Source: a virus (lineage: Duplodnaviria; Caudoviricetes). Taken from it: DNA of 64,000 nucleotides. The position numbers and the translations under genes were made by a program. The notes under the pieces were generated by a model that did not search any database, was not told the origin of the DNA, and was given only the letters and a program-made list of their open reading frames with translations. Of this stretch, positions 1 through 7,833 are shown piece after piece. Position 1 is the first letter of the stretch. Each line of letters opens with the position of its first letter. Location: positions 1,077 through 65,076 of IMG/VR virus record IMGVR_UViG_2708742418_000007. One strand, written 5' to 3'.

Positions 1-1356
1 AAACAGCGCCGCAAACCCGGCCGTGATAATGGGGATCGCGATGCCGAGAGCGCCGATTGCTCCCGCCGCGAGAATAGCGCCGCCACCGGCAACAAGAAGC
101 TGGCGTCCGAAGCCACCCGTTTCCTTGTTGAACGCGCGGAACGCATCCAGCGCCTTGCCGATACCCTCATTCAGCGTCGGAAGCCACTCGCCAAAGGACG
201 AGCCGATCTCATCGCTGATCTGCGACATGAGATCCTTGAAGATGGTAAGTTGCTTGTTCAAGCCCTGCATCTGGGTATTGGTATCGTTCCTCGTGGTCGA
301 TCCATCGGCCTTGGCGATCTCGTCGCGGATCGACTTGTACTTCTGCATGTTCGCCAGCATCGGGATCAGGAAGCCGTTCACCTGCATGTCCGAGAAAAGC
401 CCGCTCAGTGCGCCAGCGCCGGAAATGGCAGTCAGCTGTTTGCCCACCTGCTCAAGGGCGTCCGCGCCTTCAATGCCGTTATCCTTGGCCTTCTTCAGCA
501 TGGCTTCGACTTCGCTGCCGGATACACCCGTCAGCTTGGAAATCTTCTGAATGACCGCTTCAATCGGGCTGATGCCCTGGATCACGGCGTTCTGCATCAC
601 CGCCATGATGTCGACGTTCATCTTCTCGAAGTTCTTGATCGTCTCCTGCGATGTGATCTTCGACAGGAAATTATTGAGGTTGTTCGCCGCCTCCGCAGGG
701 TCGGAAGTACCCATGCGGGCAACCTGCAACATTGCGGCAAGCTGCGTTGTCGCACCCTGTCCAGTTACCCCGAGCTTCGCGACCTGTCCGGTCAGAACCG
801 GGAAATACTTCGCCATGTCCTTCAATTCGAAGGAGCCGAGCTTGCCACCCACAACGAGCTTGTCCATGGCCTGCCCCAACTCACCGGCCGGAACTTTCAA
901 GCTCTGCATCAGTGACGTGGCAACACTGGCGATATCCTTGATGTCGGCATTGGCGGCGGTCGCAGTGCGGGCAATGTTGCCGATGGATGCATCGACAAGG
1001 CTCTTGTCGAGACCGGCCGCGATCATCTGTCCGGCCGCGCCCGCGATGTCCTGCGAGGAAATCCCCACCTGCCGCGCAAGGTCCTGGTACATCCCCTTCA
1101 TCTCGGCAATGTTCTTGAAGGCCTCTTGCCCCACAAGGCCCTGTGTCACAGAAATATCGAGTAGCTTTTGCTGAAACGCCGCAGCGTCCTGGATAGGCCC
1201 CAAAAAGGAAAGTGCCCCGACCGCCGCACCGACCGCGCCGATCTTGCGGGCCACATCGGCAATACCACTCAAGGAGGCCTGCAAACGCCGCAGCGGCGAA
1301 CTCAGCAAGTCCTTGAGGCGGACGATCACGTCCAGGGCCATGTTGCGGTTTGCCAT
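1..1356 (-). CDS. Tail tape measure protein, paralogue of 16877..19030 (runs off the window)
   Basis: Missing from the ORF track; hand translation from ATG 1356 gives MANRNMALDVIVRLKDLLSSPLRRLQ...GTSDPAEAANNL...PIEAVIQKISKLTGVSG...FGEWLPTLNEGIGKA, collinear with the prophage TMP; open to base 1. Confidence 0.93.
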   Translation of the reverse strand, partial: MANRNMALDVIVRLKDLLSSPLRRLQASLSGIADVARKIGAVGAAVGALSFLGPIQDAAAFQQKLLDISVTQGLVGQEAFKNIAEMKGMYQDLARQVGISSQDIAGAAGQMIAAGLDKSLVDASIGNIARTATAANADIKDIASVATSLMQSLKVPAGELGQAMDKLVVGGKLGSFELKDMAKYFPVLTGQVAKLGVTGQGATTQLAAMLQVARMGTSDPAEAANNLNNFLSKITSQETIKNFEKMNVDIMAVMQNAVIQGISPIEAVIQKISKLTGVSGSEVEAMLKKAKDNGIEGADALEQVGKQLTAISGAGALSGLFSDMQVNGFLIPMLANMQKYKSIRDEIAKADGSTTRNDTNTQMQGLNKQLTIFKDLMSQISDEIGSSFGEWLPTLNEGIGKALDAFRAFNKETGGFGRQLLVAGGGAILAAGAIGALGIAIPIITAGFAALF

Positions 1357-1379
1357 GCGTCACCCTTTCCTTTGAAGAA

Positions 1380-1413
1380 GATGGCCCGGCGGTGGTGGAG
1401 CCGCCGGGCCATC
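1380..1413 (-). terminator. Strong hairpin between capsid and TMP genes (attenuator or RNA stabiliser)
   Basis: GATGGCCCGGCGG-8nt-CCGCCGGGCCATC, perfect 13-bp stem with a weak U tail on the minus strand. Confidence 0.45.
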
Positions 1414-1502
1414 CCAACCGCATCAAGTGCGGCCGATTTGCCCCCGCTCACCAACGAGGGCCTTGGATAGGGGCGCAACAGGAAACGCCCCCATCACATT
1501 CC

Positions 1503-2393
1503 TTAAATGTGATGGCTGACGATCAATTCCGCCGAGCGCGCCCAGGTGTTCGTTTCGCCGCCGTTCACCAGTTCGGCATTCAGCAGCGCGCGTGCTGGAT
1601 CCTCCAGATTTGGGGGAACGATCAGATGCGTCGGCGTGATGCCCATACGCTTGCCGTCCATCTTGCGCAGGTTCATCATGGAAAGCCGCGCGGAAATGTA
1701 GTTCGCCTTGTTCAAGGTTGACCTGGAGCAATGCGCCAACTGCCACAGGCCGAAGCCGGCATTGCAACGCCCGCGCACGCCATAGACATATTCGTCCTTC
1801 ATGAAGACGTAGGGATCGTTGGGAGCGGTGAGCGACTGAAGGTCGAAGCTCGTCCGCTCCTGGAAGAGCATCGGCTTCAACACCTGTCCGCAGTCCAGCA
1901 GATACCAGGCGTCGCCGTCTCCCGCCGTAAAGTTGGAAACGGAAATCTCTTCCTTGCTCTCGTTGTAGGCCTTGTGGTCCGTGTCGAAGAAATACTGCCC
2001 ATCATAGCATCGTTCGGACGTGCCGTCGCTCAGCAGTTCGAAGACCAGCTGATCCGGGAAAAGCGCCGTCTGTTCGCCAAGGCGCGCTGCCAGAGGGGAG
2101 AAAATGCCATAGGTATCATCTTCGATCTTCTCCCGCGGGATCGTGATCGTTTCCTCGAACTTCCGATTGACGACCGTGTACCGGGAGCGGGAAAGCGTAT
2201 GGAGAACGCGATCACCCAACCATTCGCGAATGCCCGGAAGATCGTCCAGCCAGGCGTAGGTTTCCTGACTGGTGGAAGACACGGTGCGCATGGCGACCAG
2301 GTCGAGATAGGTCTTGGGAGAGGCCTTCCCCTTGTTGAAGGCAACGTTGATGCCCGTGAAGAGGGAAGAAAGAGTGTTTGCGTTGATATCCAT
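1503..2393 (-). CDS. Mu-like major head subunit gpT, paralogue of 23864..24757
   Basis: MDINANTL start; LDDLPGIREWLGDRV, CYDGQYFFDTDH, YGVRGRCNAGFGLWQLA, NGGETN; 296 aa. Confidence 0.93.
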   Translation of the reverse strand: MDINANTLSSLFTGINVAFNKGKASPKTYLDLVAMRTVSSTSQETYAWLDDLPGIREWLGDRVLHTLSRSRYTVVNRKFEETITIPREKIEDDTYGIFSPLAARLGEQTALFPDQLVFELLSDGTSERCYDGQYFFDTDHKAYNESKEEISVSNFTAGDGDAWYLLDCGQVLKPMLFQERTSFDLQSLTAPNDPYVFMKDEYVYGVRGRCNAGFGLWQLAHCSRSTLNKANYISARLSMMNLRKMDGKRMGITPTHLIVPPNLEDPARALLNAELVNGGETNTWARSAELIVSHHI

Positions 2394-2446
2394 TTTGCCG
2401 CCCTGAGTGTCAATTGCTGACACCATGCGGCACATCAAGGTGGGAG

Positions 2447-2536
2447 TTCATGCCCATAACGGAGGGCATGAAACGGCATTCATCCTGAAAATCGCACGGA
2501 AGTCATCCGCTTTTCATGCCCGCGACTATGGGGTGT
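2447..2536 (-). promoter_or_regulatory. Two late-activator-type boxes (CATGCCC-N8-GGGCATG) upstream of the capsid paralogue
   Basis: TTCATGCCC-ataacgga-GGGCATGAA at 2447-2472 and CATGCCC-gcgactat-GGGGTGT at 2515-2536; the same motif precedes prophage late genes. Confidence 0.7.
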
Positions 2537-2598
2537 GCCGGGGGGCCGGAAATCGCCTGATCCCAATCCGCCTGTAGGCGGTCCTTCCTGGTCGGCAC
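2535..2598 (-). ncRNA. Putative structured small RNA, copy of the element at 26837..26900
   Basis: 56/64 gapless identity to the reverse complement of 26837-26900, with a compensatory change in the closing stem; strand inferred from the prophage copy. Confidence 0.6.
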
Positions 2599-2607
2599 CC
2601 CGCCAAA

Positions 2608-3111
2608 TTAACGCGGCATGTATCGATCGACCAGCGCGAATATGGTCTCTGCAATCATTGTCTCATCTTCCTTGGAAATTCCGAGATAGGGACGAGCGGG
2701 AATTGTCACGCTATCGGTTTTCACAAAATGGTCGCCAATTCTGAAAGCAAGGTGCGAAGCGATTTTCGGCTTGATCTCGCCACCAAACTGATGAATGGCA
2801 GCGTAAACCTTGTTAGGCCCAACCCGAACTTCGCTGGAAGATGCCCTGCTATTGATGCTGTCCCGAAGCAGGCCGCTTTCAACCAGGGTGTATGTTTTTG
2901 TCTTCGTCTCGGCATATTGCTTATTGAGTGCGGCCCAGGCGTTGCCGTCCGGATCGGTGCCGCTGATAAAACGCTGATGGGTTGAACCCACCAGCCCCGT
3001 GCCGATTGCTTTCATAACCGGCGTAGTATTGCGCATCACGCCTTCAAGTTGGCGGAACGCCGCTTGTACCTCCTTGTCCTGCACTGTCACCGAAAATGGC
3101 GCACCGGTCAT
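2608..3111 (-). CDS. Phage virion morphogenesis protein (Mu gpG-like), paralogue of 26283..26795
   Basis: LVESGLLRDSI, YAAIHQFG, IPARPYLGIS motifs. Confidence 0.92.
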   Translation of the reverse strand: MTGAPFSVTVQDKEVQAAFRQLEGVMRNTTPVMKAIGTGLVGSTHQRFISGTDPDGNAWAALNKQYAETKTKTYTLVESGLLRDSINSRASSSEVRVGPNKVYAAIHQFGGEIKPKIASHLAFRIGDHFVKTDSVTIPARPYLGISKEDETMIAETIFALVDRYMPR

Positions 3112-3128
3112 AGACTGATCTCCAAGCC

Positions 3129-3383
3129 TCAATTCGCAAGCGGTGGCTTCTCATGCCCGGCAAGGATCTGTTCCTCCGCCACCATGAGGCCAGACATTAT
3201 GTCGATCTTCGCTTTCGTAAAGCCCTCTGCCCGCTGTGGCGAAAGCTCGCCGCGCTCGATAAGCTTGTCGTCGGCAGCGCAATGCATTTGCAGCGCTTGT
3301 CCGCGCACCTGTACCAGGAAGACAAGCTGTTCCTTCGAAAGCGTGTTCAGGTCGATCTGCGTGTCCAAAACGATATCCCTCAA
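3129..3383 (-). CDS. Hypothetical protein
   Basis: Co-oriented ORF filling the gap between parB and gpG. Confidence 0.55.
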   Translation of the reverse strand: MRDIVLDTQIDLNTLSKEQLVFLVQVRGQALQMHCAADDKLIERGELSPQRAEGFTKAKIDIMSGLMVAEEQILAGHEKPPLAN

Positions 3384-3436
3384 ATTCGCCCGTCAGGCGC
3401 GTTTTTTAGTCCAGATGATGTGCGGCACCCAACAGG

Positions 3437-4825
3437 TCATAAAAATCCGCCTATGGGCTTTGAGGCGGCTTCGAAATCAATTTCCGAGCCGTAAACCTCA
3501 TCAATCTCATCAAGCATCTTCGCAACTTCCCAGGCAATTCTATCCAGATCTTCGTCTCGTTGCAGTTCAGAAATCACATACCGCTGCTGATCCTCGTCCA
3601 GACGGTGAATGTTTCGAACGATCCACCCTTCGGCGCGGTAACGCACCAGCAGCAGCGTTGCCAGTTCCTTCAGAACGCCCGACTTTTCGAGTGCCTTGAT
3701 TTTCTTTGTAACCCGCTTCTCCTCGGGAGACCGGGGCTTAGGCCCCGGCTTCGACTTACGGGATCTCTTCGCGTTTTCCTTTGCCACCTCAGCCTTGTGA
3801 CTTACCTTGAGGCTCCGCTCCATGTTGTTGATCGCATTGAGCGTGTAGTGGAGCTGCCGTGTCGTTTCTGCCTGTTTCCAGAGGCGCTGGTCTTCGACGC
3901 TGATGTGTTCGCGCAATGCCATGGGATCGGCGATCGCTGCCCACAGCTTCGACCGGTTGCGAGGCGACCTAACGCCGACCGTCACACTGAGGTGCGGCAT
4001 CACGTCAATCGGCTTCGGCATCGCGCCGATCTTCTCCAGCGCCGCAGCCCTGCGGTCTCGCGGCATGGCCTCCCAGGCGTCGCGAAACTGCTTCTCCCGC
4101 CAGTCTCCGGTTTCCATGCGGCCGGTCGGCTCGCGACCGGTTTCAGGGTCAGGCTCGCGCAGGACGGCTTCAAGGTCAGGGTTCTCGCGCAGTTTTGCGG
4201 CTATACGGTTCTGCTTTTCAGGTCCGAGCTTCGCCAGCTTGATCAAGCGTGTCTGATCATCGGCATAATCTGTGCCACGGATAGCGTCTCTCAGCGATTT
4301 TTCCAGAAGACGGATCGAGTAACGCCTACGACCCTCACGTTCGGAAATGCCGAATTTATCAAGTAAGTCTTTGTAGAAGCTTGGTTTTTTTGATAAATCT
4401 AAATCGGCATTAATCCGGCCATCTTGGCCGCTTTTCTTCCTGCGGCCCGGTTCTATCTTTCCAAAAGTTGCTTCCCACCATTCGCGATAGGCCGAAAAGT
4501 GTTCCGCCGCTTCGAGAGCGTTCAACTCCGACTGCGACAGATTGTCAGCGATGGCCAAACTAGAGGCTTCATCCTTGGTTCGCAAGAGCGCATTGATCGT
4601 GGGCCATCCCAGCTTTTGCGCTGCCCAAAGCCTCCTTGCGCCGTAAATCAGCGTAAACTGCTTCCTGTCTCCACGTGCGGTGCTCTTGTAAACGGCAATC
4701 GGCGTCTTCTGTCCGTCGCTCTCCATCTGGCGCATCAGAAGCATTGCAGCAGCCTCGTTATGCGGCCGGACATATCCATCCGGCACATGCACCAGATCAA
4801 CGGGTATCGCGATCACTTCAGCCAA
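3437..4825 (-). CDS. ParB-like protein with C-terminal extension, paralogue of 43770..44633
   Basis: YGARRLWA (GxxRxxA motif); WEATFGKIEPGR vs WEAKFGKVEPGR and RGTDYADDQ vs RGTPAADNQ in the prophage copy. Confidence 0.88.
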   Translation of the reverse strand: MAEVIAIPVDLVHVPDGYVRPHNEAAAMLLMRQMESDGQKTPIAVYKSTARGDRKQFTLIYGARRLWAAQKLGWPTINALLRTKDEASSLAIADNLSQSELNALEAAEHFSAYREWWEATFGKIEPGRRKKSGQDGRINADLDLSKKPSFYKDLLDKFGISEREGRRRYSIRLLEKSLRDAIRGTDYADDQTRLIKLAKLGPEKQNRIAAKLRENPDLEAVLREPDPETGREPTGRMETGDWREKQFRDAWEAMPRDRRAAALEKIGAMPKPIDVMPHLSVTVGVRSPRNRSKLWAAIADPMALREHISVEDQRLWKQAETTRQLHYTLNAINNMERSLKVSHKAEVAKENAKRSRKSKPGPKPRSPEEKRVTKKIKALEKSGVLKELATLLLVRYRAEGWIVRNIHRLDEDQQRYVISELQRDEDLDRIAWEVAKMLDEIDEVYGSEIDFEAASKPIGGFL

Positions 4826-4888
4826 ACCGCGTCATCTCCTGTGGTGGAAACTCCGCTAAGATGATTGCGGTCATCGGTTCCGATCCGG

Positions 4889-5083
4889 TCATTCTTCGCC
4901 TTTCGGAAACTCTCCGGACGCGGTGAGGAAGCCCTGTTCTTTTAGGTACTGGATCAAGAGCCCGTCCATGAGCGCAGCCAAAGACACACCAGCGTGCGCA
5001 GCAGCTCGTTCACCAGCCTTCTTTACTGTCGGCCTCATCCGCACTGCAAAGGCTTCTGATTTTCGCTCGTCCTCAAGCGCCAT
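4889..5083 (-). CDS. Ribbon-helix-helix-type small regulator
   Basis: KSEAFAVRMRPTVKKAGERAAAHAGVSLAALMDGLLIQYL fits the RHH beta-strand plus two helices pattern. Confidence 0.65.
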   Translation of the reverse strand: MALEDERKSEAFAVRMRPTVKKAGERAAAHAGVSLAALMDGLLIQYLKEQGFLTASGEFPKGEE

Positions 5084-5142
5084 TGTATAACACACCGTTG
5101 ACAAATCTTCGTTGTTAGATATGTATAACGGTGTTGAATACA
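5084..5142. promoter_or_regulatory. Divergent promoter/operator region
   Basis: Imperfect inverted repeat TGTATAACACACCGTT / AACGGTGTTGAATACA overlapping TTGACA (5098) and TATAAC (5124). Confidence 0.55.
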
Positions 5143-5212
5143 AAACTCAAGCGGCCCAAGCGGGTGTTACCAGCACCAGCGAGGGCCTAACCAAACGGCA
5201 AAGGAGGCCCTT

Positions 5213-5566
5213 ATGCCACAGGCTGCTTTCGCAGATAGCACAACTGCGCCCAAAGGTCAGCAGACCTTCCAACTCGATTTCGATGTGTTCATCGACACAT
5301 TGCGAGAACTGGAGGCTATCTGCTTCATGCTGGAAGGCGCGTTGAGCCAGACAGGCTTCATTCATCAGGATATCGTGGCCGGTATCCACGGTCTTATCCG
5401 TGGCCGCGTGGAGGATCTTCGCGTGATCTACGGTGACGCCATGGCGGATCGCGAGGCTTTTCAGCGGCTGTTGGCGATCCGGCAGACACGGTCAAAGCTG
5501 GATCAGGCCGGCTCGGTGCAGGATGCGAAACAGCCCTCCGCCTCCAAACAGGAGGCAAGCGCATGA
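5213..5566 (+). CDS. Hypothetical protein
   Basis: GGAGG RBS; ATGA overlap with the next ORF. Confidence 0.75.
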   Translation: MPQAAFADSTTAPKGQQTFQLDFDVFIDTLRELEAICFMLEGALSQTGFIHQDIVAGIHGLIRGRVEDLRVIYGDAMADREAFQRLLAIRQTRSKLDQAGSVQDAKQPSASKQEASA

Positions 5567-5880
5567 CTGCCACTCTGGACAAGAAGGAAATCGATCAGCT
5601 TCGCGAAGATCTGGAAGAGGGGATGGCGATGCTGAAAACCCTGGCCGAATGCTCCTGCCTCGCCCTCGATCATGGCGATGTTGACAGCAATTTCACCTTT
5701 GGTCTTTCCAGGCTGTTCGATGCCGCATTCCAGCGCCTGGACGGCACCGAAGCCGCCCTTCGCAAGATAAGCGGCGGCGCGGAGAAAATGGATCGCGCAC
5801 AGGCGGAGGAATGGGCGAGGGACAAGCTCACCTTCCTCCAGGACGAGCAGCGTGGCGCTGTCCAGTCGAAGAAAAAATAG
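5563..5880 (+). CDS. Hypothetical helical protein
   Basis: GGAGG RBS, coupled start, followed by a terminator. Confidence 0.75.
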   Translation: MTATLDKKEIDQLREDLEEGMAMLKTLAECSCLALDHGDVDSNFTFGLSRLFDAAFQRLDGTEAALRKISGGAEKMDRAQAEEWARDKLTFLQDEQRGAVQSKKK

Positions 5881-5900
5881 CATTTGTGTCCGGTATGGTC

Positions 5901-5932
5901 AGGGGCGCTGCGATCCGTCGCGGCGCCCTTTT
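5901..5932 (+). terminator. Rho-independent terminator
   Basis: GGGCGCTGCGA-tccg-TCGCGGCGCCC followed by TTTT. Confidence 0.7.
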
Positions 5933-6324
5933 CCATGCCAGTTTTCCGCTGCGCTTTCGTCATTCACTGCCGGTGATTTTTGAACAACCTTTGAGGCCTC
6001 ATCAACACCCGTTCGAAGGCCTCTGTCATGCGTTCCCTTGCCCGTCTTTCCCGCATCAAATACCCCGCCTCCAATGTCGTTCCGGCTTGGCTTCTTTGCT
6101 ACTGGAGGTTGCTCCGTTCGGATGCCGCCAGAGACTATGCGAAGGCGTGGATCATGCTGCCCCAGCGCTTGCCGCCGGGCGTCCCATGCCCCACAGTTGA
6201 TCAGATGGCTACTGCTCTTGTGGATCATAATTTGGTGGACCGTTAGCGCTCGACGGTGGAAAGTTCTTGCATGCTGCATTCACGCTCTATCCGACTGAAA
6301 ACACATGGTTTTACGCTGAAAAAG

Positions 6325-6710
6325 CGAACATGCCAGCGACTAGCAAGTTAGAATTGGATTTTTCTCGATTTTTTGCACGGTTTGAAGACTTTGCGGCGGA
6401 AATCCTCAAAGTCTGAAAAAGCCCGGAAATGCGGGCTTTTTTGTCCTTCCGTCTGGCCTTTAAAAGGCTTTTCAAAAGCCTCTCAAAGAGACTTTTAAAA
6501 ATGGCCCGAAGCCGCGTTTTTTGCGCAAATTTCGAGGCTTTTTTGTCAAAATGGCTTTTCCGCACAGCGCCGAAAACGGTCAAAAATATCCAGCAAAAAC
6601 ACATGCTTGGACGGAAAAAGACGCGAAATGACGAGAAATGACGGTTTTCCGGAAATCTATGTCAAACAACATCCGGAATTTTGACAGCCAAAACCGAAAA
6701 ATGGAATTTC
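6325..6710. repeat. Diverged direct copy of the prophage repressor-proximal end region (47485..47885)
   Basis: Collinear blocks at ~41.16-kb offset: GAATTGGATTTT, GCGGAAATCCTCAAA, AAAAAGCCCGG..CGGGCTTT, TGTCAAA, AATGACGG(G)TTTTCCGGA, TCCGGAATTTTGACA..AAAACCG. Confidence 0.85.
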
Positions 6711-6915
6711 CGGAAAGCCTGTCAAAATGTGCGTTTTGAGCGGCGTTCAAACGTCTTTCCAATACTTTTCAAAGCCGCTTCAAATTTACCGATTTCTCAA
6801 ACACCGCGCTAACCAAAAGCGGTCTTTGGTTTTGACGGTATCATCGGTCTCGGGCACCGTGAGGCTGAGATGCTGGCCCATCTCCAATCCCTTCAATGTG
6901 AAATGGAGAAGCAAG

Positions 6916-7764
6916 ATGGAGATCCCATCTTTTGGGCCAGCCGGACCTACCTTTGAGCAGGCAGCAGAGAGTTATCTCGCTCATGGCGGCGAGGCTCGGT
7001 ACATTCCGCCAATCGTCGCCTATTTTGCCGGCCGGCCTCTGACATCGATCCACCCGTTCGATATCCGCAAAATGGCGGAAAGCATTTACCCCGCGCACAG
7101 CAATGCCACACGCAACAGGCAGGCCATCACACCGGCAAGAGCTGTCATGATGCACGGCTATGACCGTGGGTGGTGCCCGCTCATTCGCGTGCGGCGTTTC
7201 AAGCAAGACCGACCGGCTCGGCCGAAACCAGCGTCGCCGGTCTGGCTGCATGCCTTCGCCAGGCAGTGCGACAAGGATGGCTTGCCCCATGTGGCGGCCG
7301 TAGTGCTCTTCATGGCTCAAAGCGGCGCGCGGATCAGCGAGGCGATTGCGCTGCGGTGGTCCGAGGTAGACCTGAATGCTCGCACGGCCCTGTTGCTCAA
7401 GACAAAGACGTCGACCAACTCCGTGCGGTTTTTGACAGACGAGGTTGCTGCACGGCTCCGGGACCTGCGCGGCACTGCCAAAGGCAGCGACAGGGTTTTC
7501 CGATACACCTCGCGCCACAGCGTCAATGAGCGCATCCGGGCCGTCTGTGGTCGGGCCGGCATCCCGCACAAGCCGCCGCATACATGCGGGCGACACACCT
7601 TTGCCACGCGCGCGATCGAGCTTGGAATGGATGTGCGCACCACAATGGCGGCAGGCGACTGGCGATCCTCGTCAGTCTTTCTGGAGACCTATGTGCATCC
7701 ACGGCTGAATGCCGGACGCCTGGTCGCCGATCGCTTTGCTATGGATGCTTTCGACGAAATCTGA
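6916..7764 (+). CDS. Tyrosine recombinase/integrase lacking an arm-binding domain
   Basis: GARISEA (R), KTKT (K), HTCGRH, GDW, ETY catalytic pattern; GGAG RBS before ATG 6916. Confidence 0.9.
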   Translation: MEIPSFGPAGPTFEQAAESYLAHGGEARYIPPIVAYFAGRPLTSIHPFDIRKMAESIYPAHSNATRNRQAITPARAVMMHGYDRGWCPLIRVRRFKQDRPARPKPASPVWLHAFARQCDKDGLPHVAAVVLFMAQSGARISEAIALRWSEVDLNARTALLLKTKTSTNSVRFLTDEVAARLRDLRGTAKGSDRVFRYTSRHSVNERIRAVCGRAGIPHKPPHTCGRHTFATRAIELGMDVRTTMAAGDWRSSSVFLETYVHPRLNAGRLVADRFAMDAFDEI

Positions 7765-7833
7765 TGCGGTTTTCAAAGAGCTGCCGGCAGACGCATTTTC
7801 GGGCTGCCGGCACGTACAGATGATGATGGGGCG

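Larger units (their letters stand above)
1..6710 (-). mobile_element. Putative non-autonomous mini-Mu / satellite of the adjacent Mu-like prophage (left end outside window)
   Basis: Intact paralogues of prophage TMP, gpT, gpG and ParB; shares activator boxes, a 64-nt RNA-like element and an end region with the prophage; no transposase, terminase or portal in view. Confidence 0.6.

Noticed and set aside
23-1174. Plus-strand ORFs 23..550, 250..915 and 551..1174
   Set aside because: Antisense shadows of the tape measure gene on the minus strand
2535-2598. tRNA or tRNA fragment
   Set aside because: No T-loop GTTC, D-loop pattern or CCA end
1-6710. Simple recent duplication or assembly artefact of the prophage
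   Set aside because: The paralogues are substantially diverged and rearranged; old decay is disfavoured by the intact frames but not excluded
6325-6710. attL/attR core pair with 47485-47885
   Set aside because: Similarity is patchy over ~390 bp with no single long identical core; kept only as an alternative hypothesis
6300-6850. CRISPR array or coding ORFs in the AT-rich repeats
   Set aside because: No constant repeat-spacer period, no cas genes, and the translations are low-complexity
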